A stretch of DNA of 64,000 nucleotides from Bacteroidota bacterium (GCA_004322215.1 SCSM01000007.1:192071-256070); one strand, 5' to 3'. Counted from the stretch's first letter, positions 29,688 through 40,642 are shown. Translations and numbers: made by a program. Notes: generated by a model not told the origin, from the letters alone.

Positions 29688-31169
29688 TCAATAATTGTCA
29701 ATTTGTGCTCTTTGCAATTTCCCGGAGTAATCTATGTAAACGGTTTTCCATTCTGTGAAAATGTCAAATACAGTCCAGCCACCTTCGCGATGACCGTTGC
29801 CTGTACCTTTAACTCCTCCGAATGGCATGTGTGCTTCAGCACCGATAGTCGGACTGTTGATATAAGTTATACCGGCTTCTATGTCCCTCATTGCAATACA
29901 TGCTTCACCAATATCATTTGTATAAATTGATGAAGATAAACCATATTGAACTCCATTAGCAAGTTCGAGTGCGTGTTCAAATGAATCCGCCTTACTGACT
30001 GCGAGCACCGGACCGAAGATTTCATCGCGAAAGATTGTCATGTCTTTTGTGATGTCAACTATTATTGTAGGTCTATAAAATGAACCTTTTACCAATTCAC
30101 CTTCAGTAGCTCTTTCGCCTCCGAGAACTAACTTCCCGCCTTCCTTAACAGCGATTTTAACATAATTATCAATTTCGTTTAATGCAGTATTATGAATAAC
30201 AGGGCCTACCTGGGTTCCTTCCTTCAACCCATCTCCTAACTTTAATTTACTTGCTTTAGCAACAAGTAAATCTATAAATTTATTATAAATATCATTATGA
30301 ATAATCAGACGTGAAGTAGCAGTACATCTCTGTCCTGTCGTACCAAAAGCACCCCAAAGAACACCCTCGATTGCCGAATCCAAATCGGCTGATGGCATAA
30401 CTACCTGGGGATTCTTACCACCCATTTCGAGAGAGCATTTTTTATTTGTCCTTCCGCATATTTCGCCGATTTGATTGCCAATACTCGTCGAACCGGTGAA
30501 ACCGATTAAATTCACATCGGGATGCTCAACTATTAGATTACCCATACTTCCTTTTCCGAGAAGAACATTAAATACACCTGGAGGAATTCCCGCTTCCTCG
30601 AGAATTTCAGCAAATATTACACCTGAATGCGGCGAATCCTTCGATGGTTTATACACTACGGTATTTCCAGCTGCAATTGCCGGTAATATCTTCCATGAAG
30701 GCACAGCAACAGGGAAGTTCCACGCAGTGATTATACCGCATACCCCGACCGGAACTCTGAATGAAAGGTTGAATTTATTTAGCATCTCGCTTGGTGCCGT
30801 TTTACCGAATAACCTTCTTGTTTCGGATGCAGCATAATATGCAGTGTCAATCGCCTCCTGAACATCGCCTTCGGTTTCAAAAGTCGGCTTGCCCATTTCA
30901 CGAGTCATAATCCTTGCTAATTCCTTTTTCCTTCGTGAAAAAATGTCACCTGCTTTTCTCAACATATCACCTCTTTTGGGTGCAGGCACAAGCCGCCATG
31001 ATTTGAACGCCTTTTTTGCAGCGGCTACTGCCTCATTTACATCATCCTGACCGGATAAGGGAAATTTACCGATTATATCCCCGTGATTTGCGGGATTAAT
31101 ATTTTCAAATGTTTGGCCGCTTTTAGCAGATACCCATTGACCATTAATGTAATTCTTAAATTCCTGCAT
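29688..31169 (-). CDS. NAD(P)-dependent aldehyde dehydrogenase family protein
   Basis: 493 aa; ALDH signatures (..[11 protein letters not shown].., catalytic Cys context [17 protein letters not shown]). Confidence 0.85.
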   Translation of the reverse strand: MQEFKNYINGQWVSAKSGQTFENINPANHGDIIGKFPLSGQDDVNEAVAAAKKAFKSWRLVPAPKRGDMLRKAGDIFSRRKKELARIMTREMGKPTFETEGDVQEAIDTAYYAASETRRLFGKTAPSEMLNKFNLSFRVPVGVCGIITAWNFPVAVPSWKILPAIAAGNTVVYKPSKDSPHSGVIFAEILEEAGIPPGVFNVLLGKGSMGNLIVEHPDVNLIGFTGSTSIGNQIGEICGRTNKKCSLEMGGKNPQVVMPSADLDSAIEGVLWGAFGTTGQRCTATSRLIIHNDIYNKFIDLLVAKASKLKLGDGLKEGTQVGPVIHNTALNEIDNYVKIAVKEGGKLVLGGERATEGELVKGSFYRPTIIVDITKDMTIFRDEIFGPVLAVSKADSFEHALELANGVQYGLSSSIYTNDIGEACIAMRDIEAGITYINSPTIGAEAHMPFGGVKGTGNGHREGGWTVFDIFTEWKTVYIDYSGKLQRAQIDNY

Positions 31170-31394
31170 TGATTATCTCCTGAATGAATACTTAATATTT
31201 TCTTCTACTTTGAAAAATATTGATAAAATAAAATTAAAAAAATATGTATTTTGCGATTTATTAATTATTAATCAAAGTCCTATACTTAATTAATTAACAA
31301 AAATACAATCATTGAATATGAAAAAAAATTTGTGTTTTACAATTAATTTGTAAATTTTAATTGGGGAATTTATTTTAATTAAAACTAAAGGAAA

Positions 31395-31949
31395 ATGAAG
31401 AAAATTTACATTATAATAATTATAACTTTTATATATCTTTTACCTTTAAAAGCACAATTCAGACCCATTGATACATTAACAGGTAAAGTTGTTCATTATA
31501 CAGGCATCTATGCTGGCGGCTCATCAATAATGGAACAAAAGCTTTTCGGTTTCACTCTTATTGGTGAATATGAGTATCGTGAAATAAAATCCTCGATGGG
31601 GTTCGGATTTAATATTCACATGATATTTTCAGATTTAACCGAATATGGATTTGGCATCCCTTTGTACTGGCATGGATTAACAAGTATGAACCTGAGATTA
31701 AACATTACTCCTGGAGTTACAATCACAAAAAGAGTTGTTTATTCAAGATTTAAACCCGGGACTCAACCTGAAGAAGAAACTAAAAATACGGCAAACTTTT
31801 TTCTTCAGGCAGGATTGGGCTGGGAAACATTTATTTACAGGGATGCTGACCCTGTTCTGGTTCTAACGCCGACACTGAGTTGCGACATAATCAGTGAAAG
31901 TGAAGTTTATGTAGGCTTTGGAGCCAGTTTATGTTGGATAATATATTAG
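31395..31949 (+). CDS. Hypothetical secreted protein (putative small beta-barrel)
   Basis: 184 aa, signal peptide, alternating hydrophobic pattern, C-terminal aromatic. Confidence 0.4.
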   Translation: MKKIYIIIIITFIYLLPLKAQFRPIDTLTGKVVHYTGIYAGGSSIMEQKLFGFTLIGEYEYREIKSSMGFGFNIHMIFSDLTEYGFGIPLYWHGLTSMNLRLNITPGVTITKRVVYSRFKPGTQPEEETKNTANFFLQAGLGWETFIYRDADPVLVLTPTLSCDIISESEVYVGFGASLCWIIY

Positions 31950-31976
31950 TAAAAATATGATAAATTTGGGGCTTAA

Positions 31977-32813
31977 ATGAAAATTAATTTAATTCTACTA
32001 ACTTTGTTAATCATTATTATTAATTCTACTTCTTATTCACAATCTTATGATTTCGGTAAGTCAAAAATATTTACAAATTTTAATCCCTCTGTTGCTTTAT
32101 CTGATGAAATTAGAAGTTATCTCGATGCCTTAGCAACTTATATGCATGCAAATGAATATTTCAGCGTTAAAGTATCCGGTCATTCGGATAATTCGGGAAC
32201 ATCGGATGAAAATGAAAAATCCTCTTTAGAAAGAGTAAAAATGATTTCCGATTATTTACTGTCAAAAGGAATTACCGGAGATAGAATTATTGAAAAAGCC
32301 GAAGGTTCAAAGATGCCCATTTCTCCAAATGATACTCCTGAAAGCAATGATTTAAATAACCGGGTGGAAATTAGTGTTCTACATTCTGTTATTGAAATAT
32401 CGATTCATGAATCAAAACATGAAGAACATTCTAATCATATTAGTATTTTTGGAGGAGCTACTACATTTACTGAATCAAAAGAAACTTATGCGACAGCAGG
32501 ATTAGAGTTTGAGCATAGATTTAAGGAAATCAATTATTTGCTTGGATTAGGGATTTTTGCTGAAGCAGTATTTACCGAAGAGAAGGAGTATGTTGCAGGT
32601 ATTCCGATTTTCATTCATCCGGTTCACGGATTGAAATTTTTGTTAGCTCCCGGTGTAAGTGTAGTTAAGGATAATATCGAGATGCTCGTTCGTGCCGGTG
32701 TTGGTTATGACATATATATCGGAAATTTTGCAATTACTCCGGGTTTCAATGTTGACTATGTCAAAGAACATTTCACACTGGTTTATGGTATTAGTTTTGG
32801 AATTGGCTTTTAG
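31977..32813 (+). CDS. OmpA-like domain protein
   Basis: 278 aa; signal peptide; OmpA_C-like segment ..FSVKVSGHSDNSGTSDENEKSSLERVKMISDYLLSKGI..NRVEISVL. Confidence 0.55.
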   Translation: MKINLILLTLLIIIINSTSYSQSYDFGKSKIFTNFNPSVALSDEIRSYLDALATYMHANEYFSVKVSGHSDNSGTSDENEKSSLERVKMISDYLLSKGITGDRIIEKAEGSKMPISPNDTPESNDLNNRVEISVLHSVIEISIHESKHEEHSNHISIFGGATTFTESKETYATAGLEFEHRFKEINYLLGLGIFAEAVFTEEKEYVAGIPIFIHPVHGLKFLLAPGVSVVKDNIEMLVRAGVGYDIYIGNFAITPGFNVDYVKEHFTLVYGISFGIGF

Positions 32814-32825
32814 GTAAAAATCAAA

Positions 32826-34916
32826 ATGCTTCCATTAAAAATAGCAATCCTGTGGCATTATCATCAGCCATATTATGACAAAGACGGCGAGTTAATTCTC
32901 CCCTGGGTTCGGTTTCACGGTGTCAAGGATTACTGGGACCTGCCCGAATTATTTTATGAATATCCGAATGTTAAGCAGACGATAAACCTTGTTCCATCTC
33001 TTAGTATGCAGCTCGATGATTACATTAACATAAGAACATCGGACAAAATACAACGGCTCACAAATATAAAGCCATCCAAGTTATCTGAAACAAATAAGAG
33101 AGAAATATTGCGTCTATTCTTTCTGTGTAATGAAGAAAATATGATTTTCCCATATCATAGATACAAAGAGCTTTATGATAAAGCTCAAAGTAAGGACGCT
33201 GCATTATTAGAATTCACAGAAAAAGACTGGTTAGATTTGCAGGTTTGGTATAACCTGACCTGGTTTGGTTATTTCTCAAAAGAAAGAAAACCGGTAAAAC
33301 GCCTTTTTAATAAAGGTAGTGGTTTTACCGAAGAAGAAAAAAAACTTGTTCTGGATTTGCAAAATGAAGTGCTGAGTCAAATCAATAATCAGATGAAAAT
33401 GCTTCAGTCACTGAATCAAATTGAAATCAGTTGTACACCGCTATATCATCCGATTCTGCCATTATTATGCAATACTCAGAATGCCAAACAATCTATACCC
33501 GGATTAAAATTACCTGAGAACAATTTCTCATTTCCTGAAGATGCCAAAGCTCAAATTGAAGGTGCGATTAATTATTATTACCGGCTGCTCGGTATCAAAC
33601 CAATTGGAATGTGGCCCTCCGAAGGTTCGATTTCAGATGATGTTATTAATTTAATGATTAGCGCAGGATTGAAATGGACAGCAAGCGATGAGGGCGTGCT
33701 TGCTGCCTCTATTGGTAAACAATATGACTACACTGAAAAATATTTTCCAAGAAAATTCATAAATGACAATGGAGAAATCGCAATTCTTTTCAGAGACCAT
33801 TCGATATCCGACGCTATCGGATTTTTATACTCTAAGTGGAATCCGCATGATGCCACGAGAGATTTTATCGGGAGATTAAATGCAATCAGGAATGAACTGA
33901 TTAATAAAAGAGGCGAGGATTGTCTGAAGCATGCAGTTGTACCGGTTATACTCGATGGTGAGAACTGCTGGGAGTTTTATCAATATAACGGATTGCCCTT
34001 TCTTAAATCATTATTTGAAGAATTATCGAATTCTGATACTTTGAAAACTGTTACATGTTCAACCGCAACCTTAAAAGAGAATCTCGATTATTTACCTCCT
34101 CTGGAAAATGTCCGTGCCGGCTCATGGATTAATGCTGATTTCAATATTTGGATAGGACATGAAGACCACCGCAATGCCTGGTCCATGCTGGCTATGGTGA
34201 GAAAATCAGTAGAAAGCAAAAAAACAGAACTCGATGAAATTACATTGAATAAAGTGATGAAAGAAGTCTATATTGCCGAAGGTTCTGACTGGTTCTGGTG
34301 GTATGGCGATACACATATAGCAGAAAACAAAGGTGATTTCGATATTTTATTTCGATGGCATATCGGAAATATTTACAAATTGCTTGGCATAGAAATACCT
34401 AAAGAAGTAAATATACCAATAGGTAAGGAATACGAGGTTGCAAAAGTAGTTAAGCAGGAAGGACATGTTTCTCCCTCTATTGACGGAAAAATAAGTTCAG
34501 ATGATGAATGGATAAAAGCCGGCTATTATGATGCACAATCCACTATGACTGCAATGCATCAGGTGGGTGAGTTTCTAAAAAAGTTGTGGTATGGCTCTGA
34601 TAAAGAAAATGTTTATTTACGTTTTGACTTGCTTAAAGAAATGGATTTCGATGATTCAGTTGTTGTTCATTTTCTTAATCCTGTTAAATTTATCCTGACA
34701 CTTAAAAAGAATAATTTCGATATAAAATCCGATGAGAAATTATCATTAGAACGATTCTCGATTTCAAGCCATGACATAATTGAATTATTAATTTCTAAAT
34801 CAACTTTTATATCGGATTCAAACTCCGAAATCAAAATTGAAATTACAATTCAAACCCATACAAAAGAAGGTGAAATTAGCTACCCAAGGCAAGGTAGCTT
34901 AGAATTGCTGGTCTAA
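32826..34916 (+). CDS. Glycoside hydrolase family 57 (alpha-amylase / 4-alpha-glucanotransferase-like)
   Basis: 696 aa; N-terminal LWHYHQPYY and overall GH57 pattern. Confidence 0.8.
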   Translation: MLPLKIAILWHYHQPYYDKDGELILPWVRFHGVKDYWDLPELFYEYPNVKQTINLVPSLSMQLDDYINIRTSDKIQRLTNIKPSKLSETNKREILRLFFLCNEENMIFPYHRYKELYDKAQSKDAALLEFTEKDWLDLQVWYNLTWFGYFSKERKPVKRLFNKGSGFTEEEKKLVLDLQNEVLSQINNQMKMLQSLNQIEISCTPLYHPILPLLCNTQNAKQSIPGLKLPENNFSFPEDAKAQIEGAINYYYRLLGIKPIGMWPSEGSISDDVINLMISAGLKWTASDEGVLAASIGKQYDYTEKYFPRKFINDNGEIAILFRDHSISDAIGFLYSKWNPHDATRDFIGRLNAIRNELINKRGEDCLKHAVVPVILDGENCWEFYQYNGLPFLKSLFEELSNSDTLKTVTCSTATLKENLDYLPPLENVRAGSWINADFNIWIGHEDHRNAWSMLAMVRKSVESKKTELDEITLNKVMKEVYIAEGSDWFWWYGDTHIAENKGDFDILFRWHIGNIYKLLGIEIPKEVNIPIGKEYEVAKVVKQEGHVSPSIDGKISSDDEWIKAGYYDAQSTMTAMHQVGEFLKKLWYGSDKENVYLRFDLLKEMDFDDSVVVHFLNPVKFILTLKKNNFDIKSDEKLSLERFSISSHDIIELLISKSTFISDSNSEIKIEITIQTHTKEGEISYPRQGSLELLV

Positions 34917-35002
34917 TCTAAATTAAATTTAAATCCAATTTTACTAAATTACTTTTTCAAAAATGATTTCATTGATTAATAAAACTAAATATTTCGCGAA
35001 AA

Positions 35003-35483
35003 ATAAAACAACTAATTATAAATTGCCTTTGGTATGATTCAGAAGCAGAAGAGGCAGCGAATTTCTATGTAACAATTTTCAAAAATTCTAAAATATGCAA
35101 TATCACCCGTTTCGACAAGGAAGGTTTTGAATTCCACCATAAGCACGAAGGAACTGCCATGTCAGTTTAATTTAAAATTGACGGACATCAATTTATTGCA
35201 TTAAATGGAGGTCCTCAAATTAAAATTTAATGAAGCAATTTCAATGATGATAAATTGCGAAACACAGGAGGAAATTGATTATTATTGGAGTAAACTTACA
35301 CATGGAGGTGAGGAAGGTCAATTCGGATGGCTAAAGGATAAATTCGGAGTTTCCTGGCAGGTTTATCCCGTTCATCTTGAAGAAATTATGAAGGATACGG
35401 ATATTGTTCACAAAGAAAAAGTAATGAAAGAATTATATCAAATGAAAAAATTTGATATTTCAAAAATTGAATTAGCATATTAA
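35003..35483 (+). pseudogene. PhnB-like / VOC (glyoxalase-fold) family protein, disrupted
   Basis: Three frames together read (M?)KQLIINCLWYDSEAEEAANFYVTIFKNSK..EGTAMSV*FKIDGHQFIALNGGPQ(fs)FKFNEAISMMINCETQEEIDYYW..GWLKDKFGVSWQV: ATA where the ATG start is expected, an in-frame TAA, and a +1 A insertion in an A-run; only the C-terminal 92 aa remain as an ORF (35205..35483). Confidence 0.6.
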
Positions 35484-35544
35484 GGTGAATAATTTTATTT
35501 CCCTTTTTTGTGAAAATAAAGAATGAAACTTATTTAAATCAAAA

Positions 35545-36399
35545 TCAATCTGAAATCTGTTCTGTATCCATTGGAATGAAATCAGAATTTATATTATCAT
35601 TTGAAGGATATTTGTTTTCTTCATCATCTTCTTGTTTCTCAATATTTTCTTTCAATGATTCAGGAAGTTCAATATAAGTTTCTTCGAGGTTCTTATCTAC
35701 AACTATTTCAATGTTGGATTCAGGTTGTTCCTGCTCGAGTGATAATTCCTCGAGTTCGCGTAATTTCGGTAAATCTTCCAGCCCATTCAATCCGAAAGTT
35801 TTCAGAAATTCCTGAGTTGTTGCATATAATAACGGTTTACCCAGTACATCTTTCCTACCGACAATTTCCACTAATCCTTTTTCTATAAGCGAATTAACCA
35901 CATCAATTGAATTGACCCCCCTTACCTGCTCAATCTCCGGTTTGGTAACCGGTTGTCGGTAGGCAATGATAGCTAAAGTTTCGAGGGCTGCATGCGATAA
36001 TCTTTTCTTGATTTTACTTTTGACAATTTGCTGAAGCAACATACCGTATTCAGGTCTGGTCGAATATACATACCCTCCAGCTAAATTTACTATCTGGAAT
36101 GGTCGGTTTGTTTCCACCAGCTCTGTATTGATTTCATTTATTAATTCCGACAAATCATCGGGAGAAAATTTTATTGCTTCGCTGACAGATTCTGCAAGCG
36201 AAATTTGATTCTCTTCCTGGTTTTCCCCTTCTTTATTTTCATCGTTTGAAACAGGTGCAAAACCTGAACCCGTTATTACCAATGTTTTATAAAGAATTTT
36301 TGAAGGCATCGGCTCTTCAGAAGAAAATAGTAATGCTTCAATTACAGCTTTCTGTTCGTTTCTCGATAAATTTAAAAATTGTTTATTTATTGATTCCAT
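35545..36399 (-). CDS. scpB: Segregation and condensation protein B (ScpB) with acidic insertions/C-terminal tail
   Basis: 284 aa; ScpB winged-helix pattern (..AVIEALLFSSEEPM.., ..AALETLAIIAYRQPVTKPEIEQVRGV..). Confidence 0.8.
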   Translation of the reverse strand: MESINKQFLNLSRNEQKAVIEALLFSSEEPMPSKILYKTLVITGSGFAPVSNDENKEGENQEENQISLAESVSEAIKFSPDDLSELINEINTELVETNRPFQIVNLAGGYVYSTRPEYGMLLQQIVKSKIKKRLSHAALETLAIIAYRQPVTKPEIEQVRGVNSIDVVNSLIEKGLVEIVGRKDVLGKPLLYATTQEFLKTFGLNGLEDLPKLRELEELSLEQEQPESNIEIVVDKNLEETYIELPESLKENIEKQEDDEENKYPSNDNINSDFIPMDTEQISD

Positions 36400-36417
36400 A
36401 GTTTACTTATTTTATAT

Positions 36418-37149
36418 TCAATTTAAATTAAATGACGTTTTAGCGGCTACAACAATTTCATCGAACAATACCGGCTGTCTGACAACAATTTTTTGCGATT
36501 TAGTAAGTTCCAGTACCGCAAGAAAGGTTGCTACAATATGAGGATGTGACTTAACATCTTCAACAAGTTCCATAAAATTCATCCTCTTTCTTATTTTCAA
36601 CTTATCCATAATAAATGCAATCTTTTCTTCTACGGTAATCGAAATCAATTGGACAAGATGTTGCTGGTTACTCAGCTTTTTCCTGTCAATTGCCTTTTTA
36701 AAAGCCCTAATCAAATCGAAAAGTGTTGCATTTTTATAAACGTTATCTTCTGCTGCATCGCCTTGCATAAAATCTTCGAAAAGGTGTCTATAATAATAAT
36801 AGCGGCTGTTTTCCGCCATCATCGAAATGTCTCGTGCTGCTTCTTTAAACTGCTTGTATTCGATTAATCTCTGGACAAGCAATGTCCTCGGGTCTTCAAC
36901 TTCTACCCCTTCTCCACCGGTTTCCCTCGGCAACAGTAACTGGGATTTAATATACATCAGGTTTGCCGCCATTACGAGAAATTCTCCTGCAAGCTCTAAA
37001 TCGAATAGACGCATCAGCCGGATGTACTTGAGGAATTCCTCCGTTATTCTTGCAATTGGAATATCATATATATTTATTTCATCCTTCTTGATGAAATAAA
37101 GGAGCAGGTCAAAAGGTCCCTCAAAATTCGGTAATATTAATTTATACAT
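36418..37149 (-). CDS. scpA: Segregation and condensation protein A (ScpA)
   Basis: 243 aa; MYKLILPNFEGPFDLLLYFIKKDEINIYDIPIARITEEFL typical ScpA N-terminus. Confidence 0.8.
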   Translation of the reverse strand: MYKLILPNFEGPFDLLLYFIKKDEINIYDIPIARITEEFLKYIRLMRLFDLELAGEFLVMAANLMYIKSQLLLPRETGGEGVEVEDPRTLLVQRLIEYKQFKEAARDISMMAENSRYYYYRHLFEDFMQGDAAEDNVYKNATLFDLIRAFKKAIDRKKLSNQQHLVQLISITVEEKIAFIMDKLKIRKRMNFMELVEDVKSHPHIVATFLAVLELTKSQKIVVRQPVLFDEIVVAAKTSFNLN

Positions 37150-37390
37150 AAATTATTTTATTTATTATACTTGAATAGCCACTATCTTCAGATAGTGGGT
37201 GCCAATTACACAGGCATTATGACTTTAGTCAATTATTTATATTGGGATAAATCCCGTTACAAACAGAATAAGACACCACTACTTAAAAGTAGTGACTATT
37301 CAATAATTTTCAAATTTTTTTAGTACACTAATAGTAAGTCATACCAAAATAGTAAAAATCCTATGAAAGTTTTCCACATTATGAAAGTGC

Positions 37391-38497
37391 TTATTCTTCA
37401 ATATATAAGCGTGGAACACGAGCAGATATTGCTGTCAGGATTTCATATTGTATTGTTCCGATTTTATTTGCCAGTTCAAATGCGGTTATTTCTTCATTCC
37501 CCTGTTTACCCAGCAAAACCACTTCATCTCCCACATTGATTTCATCATCACCGACATCAACCATACATTCATCCATGCATACAGTTCCGACAAGATTATA
37601 TCTTTTCCCATTAATAAGGCATTGCGATTTGTTAGTTAGCGTTTTGAAATAACCGTCACCATACCCAACCGGAATAGTTGCGATTGTTGTTGGTTCCGGA
37701 GATATAAAAAGCCGGTCGTAACCTACTGATTCACCTTTCCTGATTCTCCTCATCATCACAACTTTTGTCTTTAAAGTTAAAATCGGTTTTACATCAAATT
37801 TATCTGATAATTCGGGTATTGGCGGATAACCGTAAATTGACATACCGGGTCTTACAATCGAAAAATGCGACTCAGGATGATTAGCTATTGCACCGGAATT
37901 TGCCGTATGAATAATTGAAAAACTATACCCGGCTTGTTTCAATGAATCAAGTGTATCATTAAATAATCTCAACTGTCTTTTAACAAATACCGGGTCTGTA
38001 GATGATGTTGCAAAATGAGTACATACACCTACGAAATTGATATTTTTCATGCCATTGCATTTTTCCATACATTGAACAGTATCCACCGGTTGAATACCCT
38101 CGCGGTTCATACCCGTACCGATACATAAATGGACTGGCACTCTTTTACCTGCTTTGATGGCTTCTGCTGATAATTCCTGTACAAATTCGTATGTAGAAAC
38201 CGATGCCTGCAAATCATATTCAACGAATTTCTTTGCTTCGTCCGGAAATGTTGGTACAAGTACGACGACAGGAACATTAACACCTGCTTCTTTAATGATT
38301 ATCCCCTCATCTGCAAAAGCGACTCCAAGATAATCAACACCGAATTTCTCAAGCGATTTGGATATTTCGACTATGCCATGACCATAAGCATTTGCCTTGA
38401 CTATTGCCATCACCTTTGAATTTGGTGCGAGTTCTCTTATGCGGTTTAAATTATGCTTCAGATTGCTTAAATTAATTACTGCTATTGTTGAACGCAT
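37391..38497 (-). CDS. alr: Alanine racemase
   Basis: 368 aa; PLP-lysine context AIVKANAYGHG and overall Alr pattern. Confidence 0.85.
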   Translation of the reverse strand: MRSTIAVINLSNLKHNLNRIRELAPNSKVMAIVKANAYGHGIVEISKSLEKFGVDYLGVAFADEGIIIKEAGVNVPVVVLVPTFPDEAKKFVEYDLQASVSTYEFVQELSAEAIKAGKRVPVHLCIGTGMNREGIQPVDTVQCMEKCNGMKNINFVGVCTHFATSSTDPVFVKRQLRLFNDTLDSLKQAGYSFSIIHTANSGAIANHPESHFSIVRPGMSIYGYPPIPELSDKFDVKPILTLKTKVVMMRRIRKGESVGYDRLFISPEPTTIATIPVGYGDGYFKTLTNKSQCLINGKRYNLVGTVCMDECMVDVGDDEINVGDEVVLLGKQGNEEITAFELANKIGTIQYEILTAISARVPRLYIEE

Positions 38498-38644
38498 TTA
38501 TTTATTTTTTATCCTGATTAATTGGCTGAATTTTTGCTCTTTATCCTTATTTATATTAACTTTTGGTAAAAAGTACCGAAAAATCTAACAAAATTAGGGT
38601 TTATTCGGCTAAAATAAAATTAAGTTATTTTAACTTTTGAAAAT

Positions 38645-40378
38645 ATGATGAAAATTAGAATATTATCTATCCTTCTGGCATTGGTATTTATATCCTGTAA
38701 ATCGGTTCCACCGTGTCCCGATGAACTGGAAATCGGCAATCTTGGAACCACAATCAACACAGGAATGGATGACCATTTGCCTGTCGTTTATGGCGATACG
38801 CTTTACTTTACTTCCACTCGTGAAGAATCTGATGATAAGGAACTTGTTTTCATGTCTCCAATTATTGATGGAAAATTTACTTACCCTGTAATAGATAAAA
38901 ATTTACCGTTAAATAAATTCCAGAAAATCTCTTCGCCTGCTTTTTATTTAAATAAACAAACCGGTATTGAAGAACTGTATTTTGCTGCAATCAATCCAAA
39001 AACAAAAAAGGGTAACAGGGACATATTTGTTTCGGTTGATTCAGGTAATGGCTGGTCTAATCCCGTTCCTCTGGGATATAAAATCAGCACGGAAAATTAC
39101 GAATCACATCCTTCATTATCCTCTGATGGCAGCATATTATTATTTTCATCGGACAGACCGGGTGGAATCGGTGATGTTGATTTATATTTAAGTGCAAGGC
39201 AAAAAGACGGCTCCTGGGCTGACCCGGTAAATCTGGGGAAAGATGTCAATACACCTAAGGCAGATATTGCACCTTTGATTGCTCCAGATGGATACTTGTA
39301 TTTTGCATCTAAAGGTTATGGTGGTGATTCTACTTATGACATTATAAAAGCGGAACCGGTGAAAAAAGGAAGCTGGCAGAAACCGCGAAAAATGAAGTCG
39401 CCGATTAACACAAACTTCGATGAATCAGGACCTGCGATTTGGAATAATATGCTCATTCTCTCTTCCAACCGTAAGGGTGGTTGCGGTGGTTTTGATATTT
39501 ATTCTTTTGACTTATGCGGTCCGGTTACAATTGAAGGTGAGATTGCCGGTAACGGCGCAGGAATACCATTAAATGGAATAGTCGGGCTTTATGATAACAA
39601 TAAAATTAAATTGCTTGAGCAAATCATTTCTGAAAATGGAAAATTTTCATTCCCGGTCGAAGTTCTGAAAACATATACTTTAAAATATAATAATAATTGT
39701 TTGGCAAATACTGCTCTCGAACAGGACATCACCACTCCATGCAATGATACAAGTTCGGTAAAGTTACAGGTAAAATTTACTCTCCCTGAAGAACAAAATA
39801 TGTTCCAGACAGAAGAATTTGCAGTGCCATTCTTCGTTACCGGCTATTACAAGCCAAACACAAGCGATAATCTCGAGGGCTTGAGAATGAAATTCGCATA
39901 CAATATCATAGGAATAGCGGATTCAACAAAGTTCATAGAATTTCCCGGTCCTGAATATGATGAATTGTCTCTGAAAGTTGATGAAGGCATTACAAATGTT
40001 GTCGAAAATATTCTTAAGTCAATCGAACAGTTAACCGCTCCTTGCACATCCGGAAAGAATGAAATTACAATTCATATTACCGGTTACGCTGACCCGCGTA
40101 CACTTTCTGATTATTCACGTTATTTCGAAGATGACATTGATGATGAGGATTTCAGTATCCATATCAAACGTGGAGAACTAATGTCCAATGAGTTACTCTC
40201 TATATTAAGAGCATTTAACACATATTTACTTATTCAATCTAAACTCATAGATTCTGAAGAATATCAGAATTTTCTCGATAAAATTAAATGGGAAATCGAA
40301 GGAAAAGGAATAGATGATAAACCGGATGTATCAAATGAAATGAGAAGAAGAGTTGATATTAAGATAAGTATTAAGTAA
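38645..40378 (+). CDS. Lipoprotein with TolB-like PD40 beta-propeller repeats and C-terminal OmpA-like domain
   Basis: 577 aa; lipobox VFISC; repeated ..S.DG..L.F.S.R.GG.GD.D.Y.. PD40 motifs; C-terminal HITGYADPRT...RRRVDIKISIK OmpA-like. Confidence 0.7.
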   Translation: MMKIRILSILLALVFISCKSVPPCPDELEIGNLGTTINTGMDDHLPVVYGDTLYFTSTREESDDKELVFMSPIIDGKFTYPVIDKNLPLNKFQKISSPAFYLNKQTGIEELYFAAINPKTKKGNRDIFVSVDSGNGWSNPVPLGYKISTENYESHPSLSSDGSILLFSSDRPGGIGDVDLYLSARQKDGSWADPVNLGKDVNTPKADIAPLIAPDGYLYFASKGYGGDSTYDIIKAEPVKKGSWQKPRKMKSPINTNFDESGPAIWNNMLILSSNRKGGCGGFDIYSFDLCGPVTIEGEIAGNGAGIPLNGIVGLYDNNKIKLLEQIISENGKFSFPVEVLKTYTLKYNNNCLANTALEQDITTPCNDTSSVKLQVKFTLPEEQNMFQTEEFAVPFFVTGYYKPNTSDNLEGLRMKFAYNIIGIADSTKFIEFPGPEYDELSLKVDEGITNVVENILKSIEQLTAPCTSGKNEITIHITGYADPRTLSDYSRYFEDDIDDEDFSIHIKRGELMSNELLSILRAFNTYLLIQSKLIDSEEYQNFLDKIKWEIEGKGIDDKPDVSNEMRRRVDIKISIK

Positions 40379-40417
40379 TTTAAATAAATAAAAATACTTT
40401 ATTTAAATTTAAAGTAA

Positions 40418-40642
40418 ATGAAAGACTATTATATAAATATCTTTTACAGCGATGAAGATGAAGGATATATAGTTGATATACCGGATTTGAAATTTTGTTC
40501 TGCCTTTGGAAATACCCCAAATGAAGCATTGAAAGAAGTCTTAGAAGCAAAGGAAGCTTGGTTAGAAGCTGCAAAAAAAGAAAAAAAGAAAATCCCGAAA
40601 CCAAGATATAAGCCTATTTTTTATAAGTTTGCAGTTTTATAA
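40418..40642 (+). CDS. HicB-like antitoxin-family protein (UPF0150), orphan
   Basis: 74 aa; YSDEDEGYIVDIPDLKFCSAFGNTPNEALKEVLEAKEAWLEAA matches the HicB N-domain pattern; no hicA nearby. Confidence 0.55.
   Translation: MKDYYINIFYSDEDEGYIVDIPDLKFCSAFGNTPNEALKEVLEAKEAWLEAAKKEKKKIPKPRYKPIFYKFAVL

Noticed and set aside
37150-37390. Searched this and other long spacers (17491-17712, 31170-31394, 56614-56898) for tRNA or tmRNA
   Set aside because: No cloverleaf-compatible sequence (no GTTC-type T-loop with matching acceptor stem) recognised by eye; would need tRNAscan/Infernal to be sure.
40380-40604. 74-aa minus-strand ORF
   Set aside because: Antisense to the HicB-like gene; Leu-rich translation with no motif.
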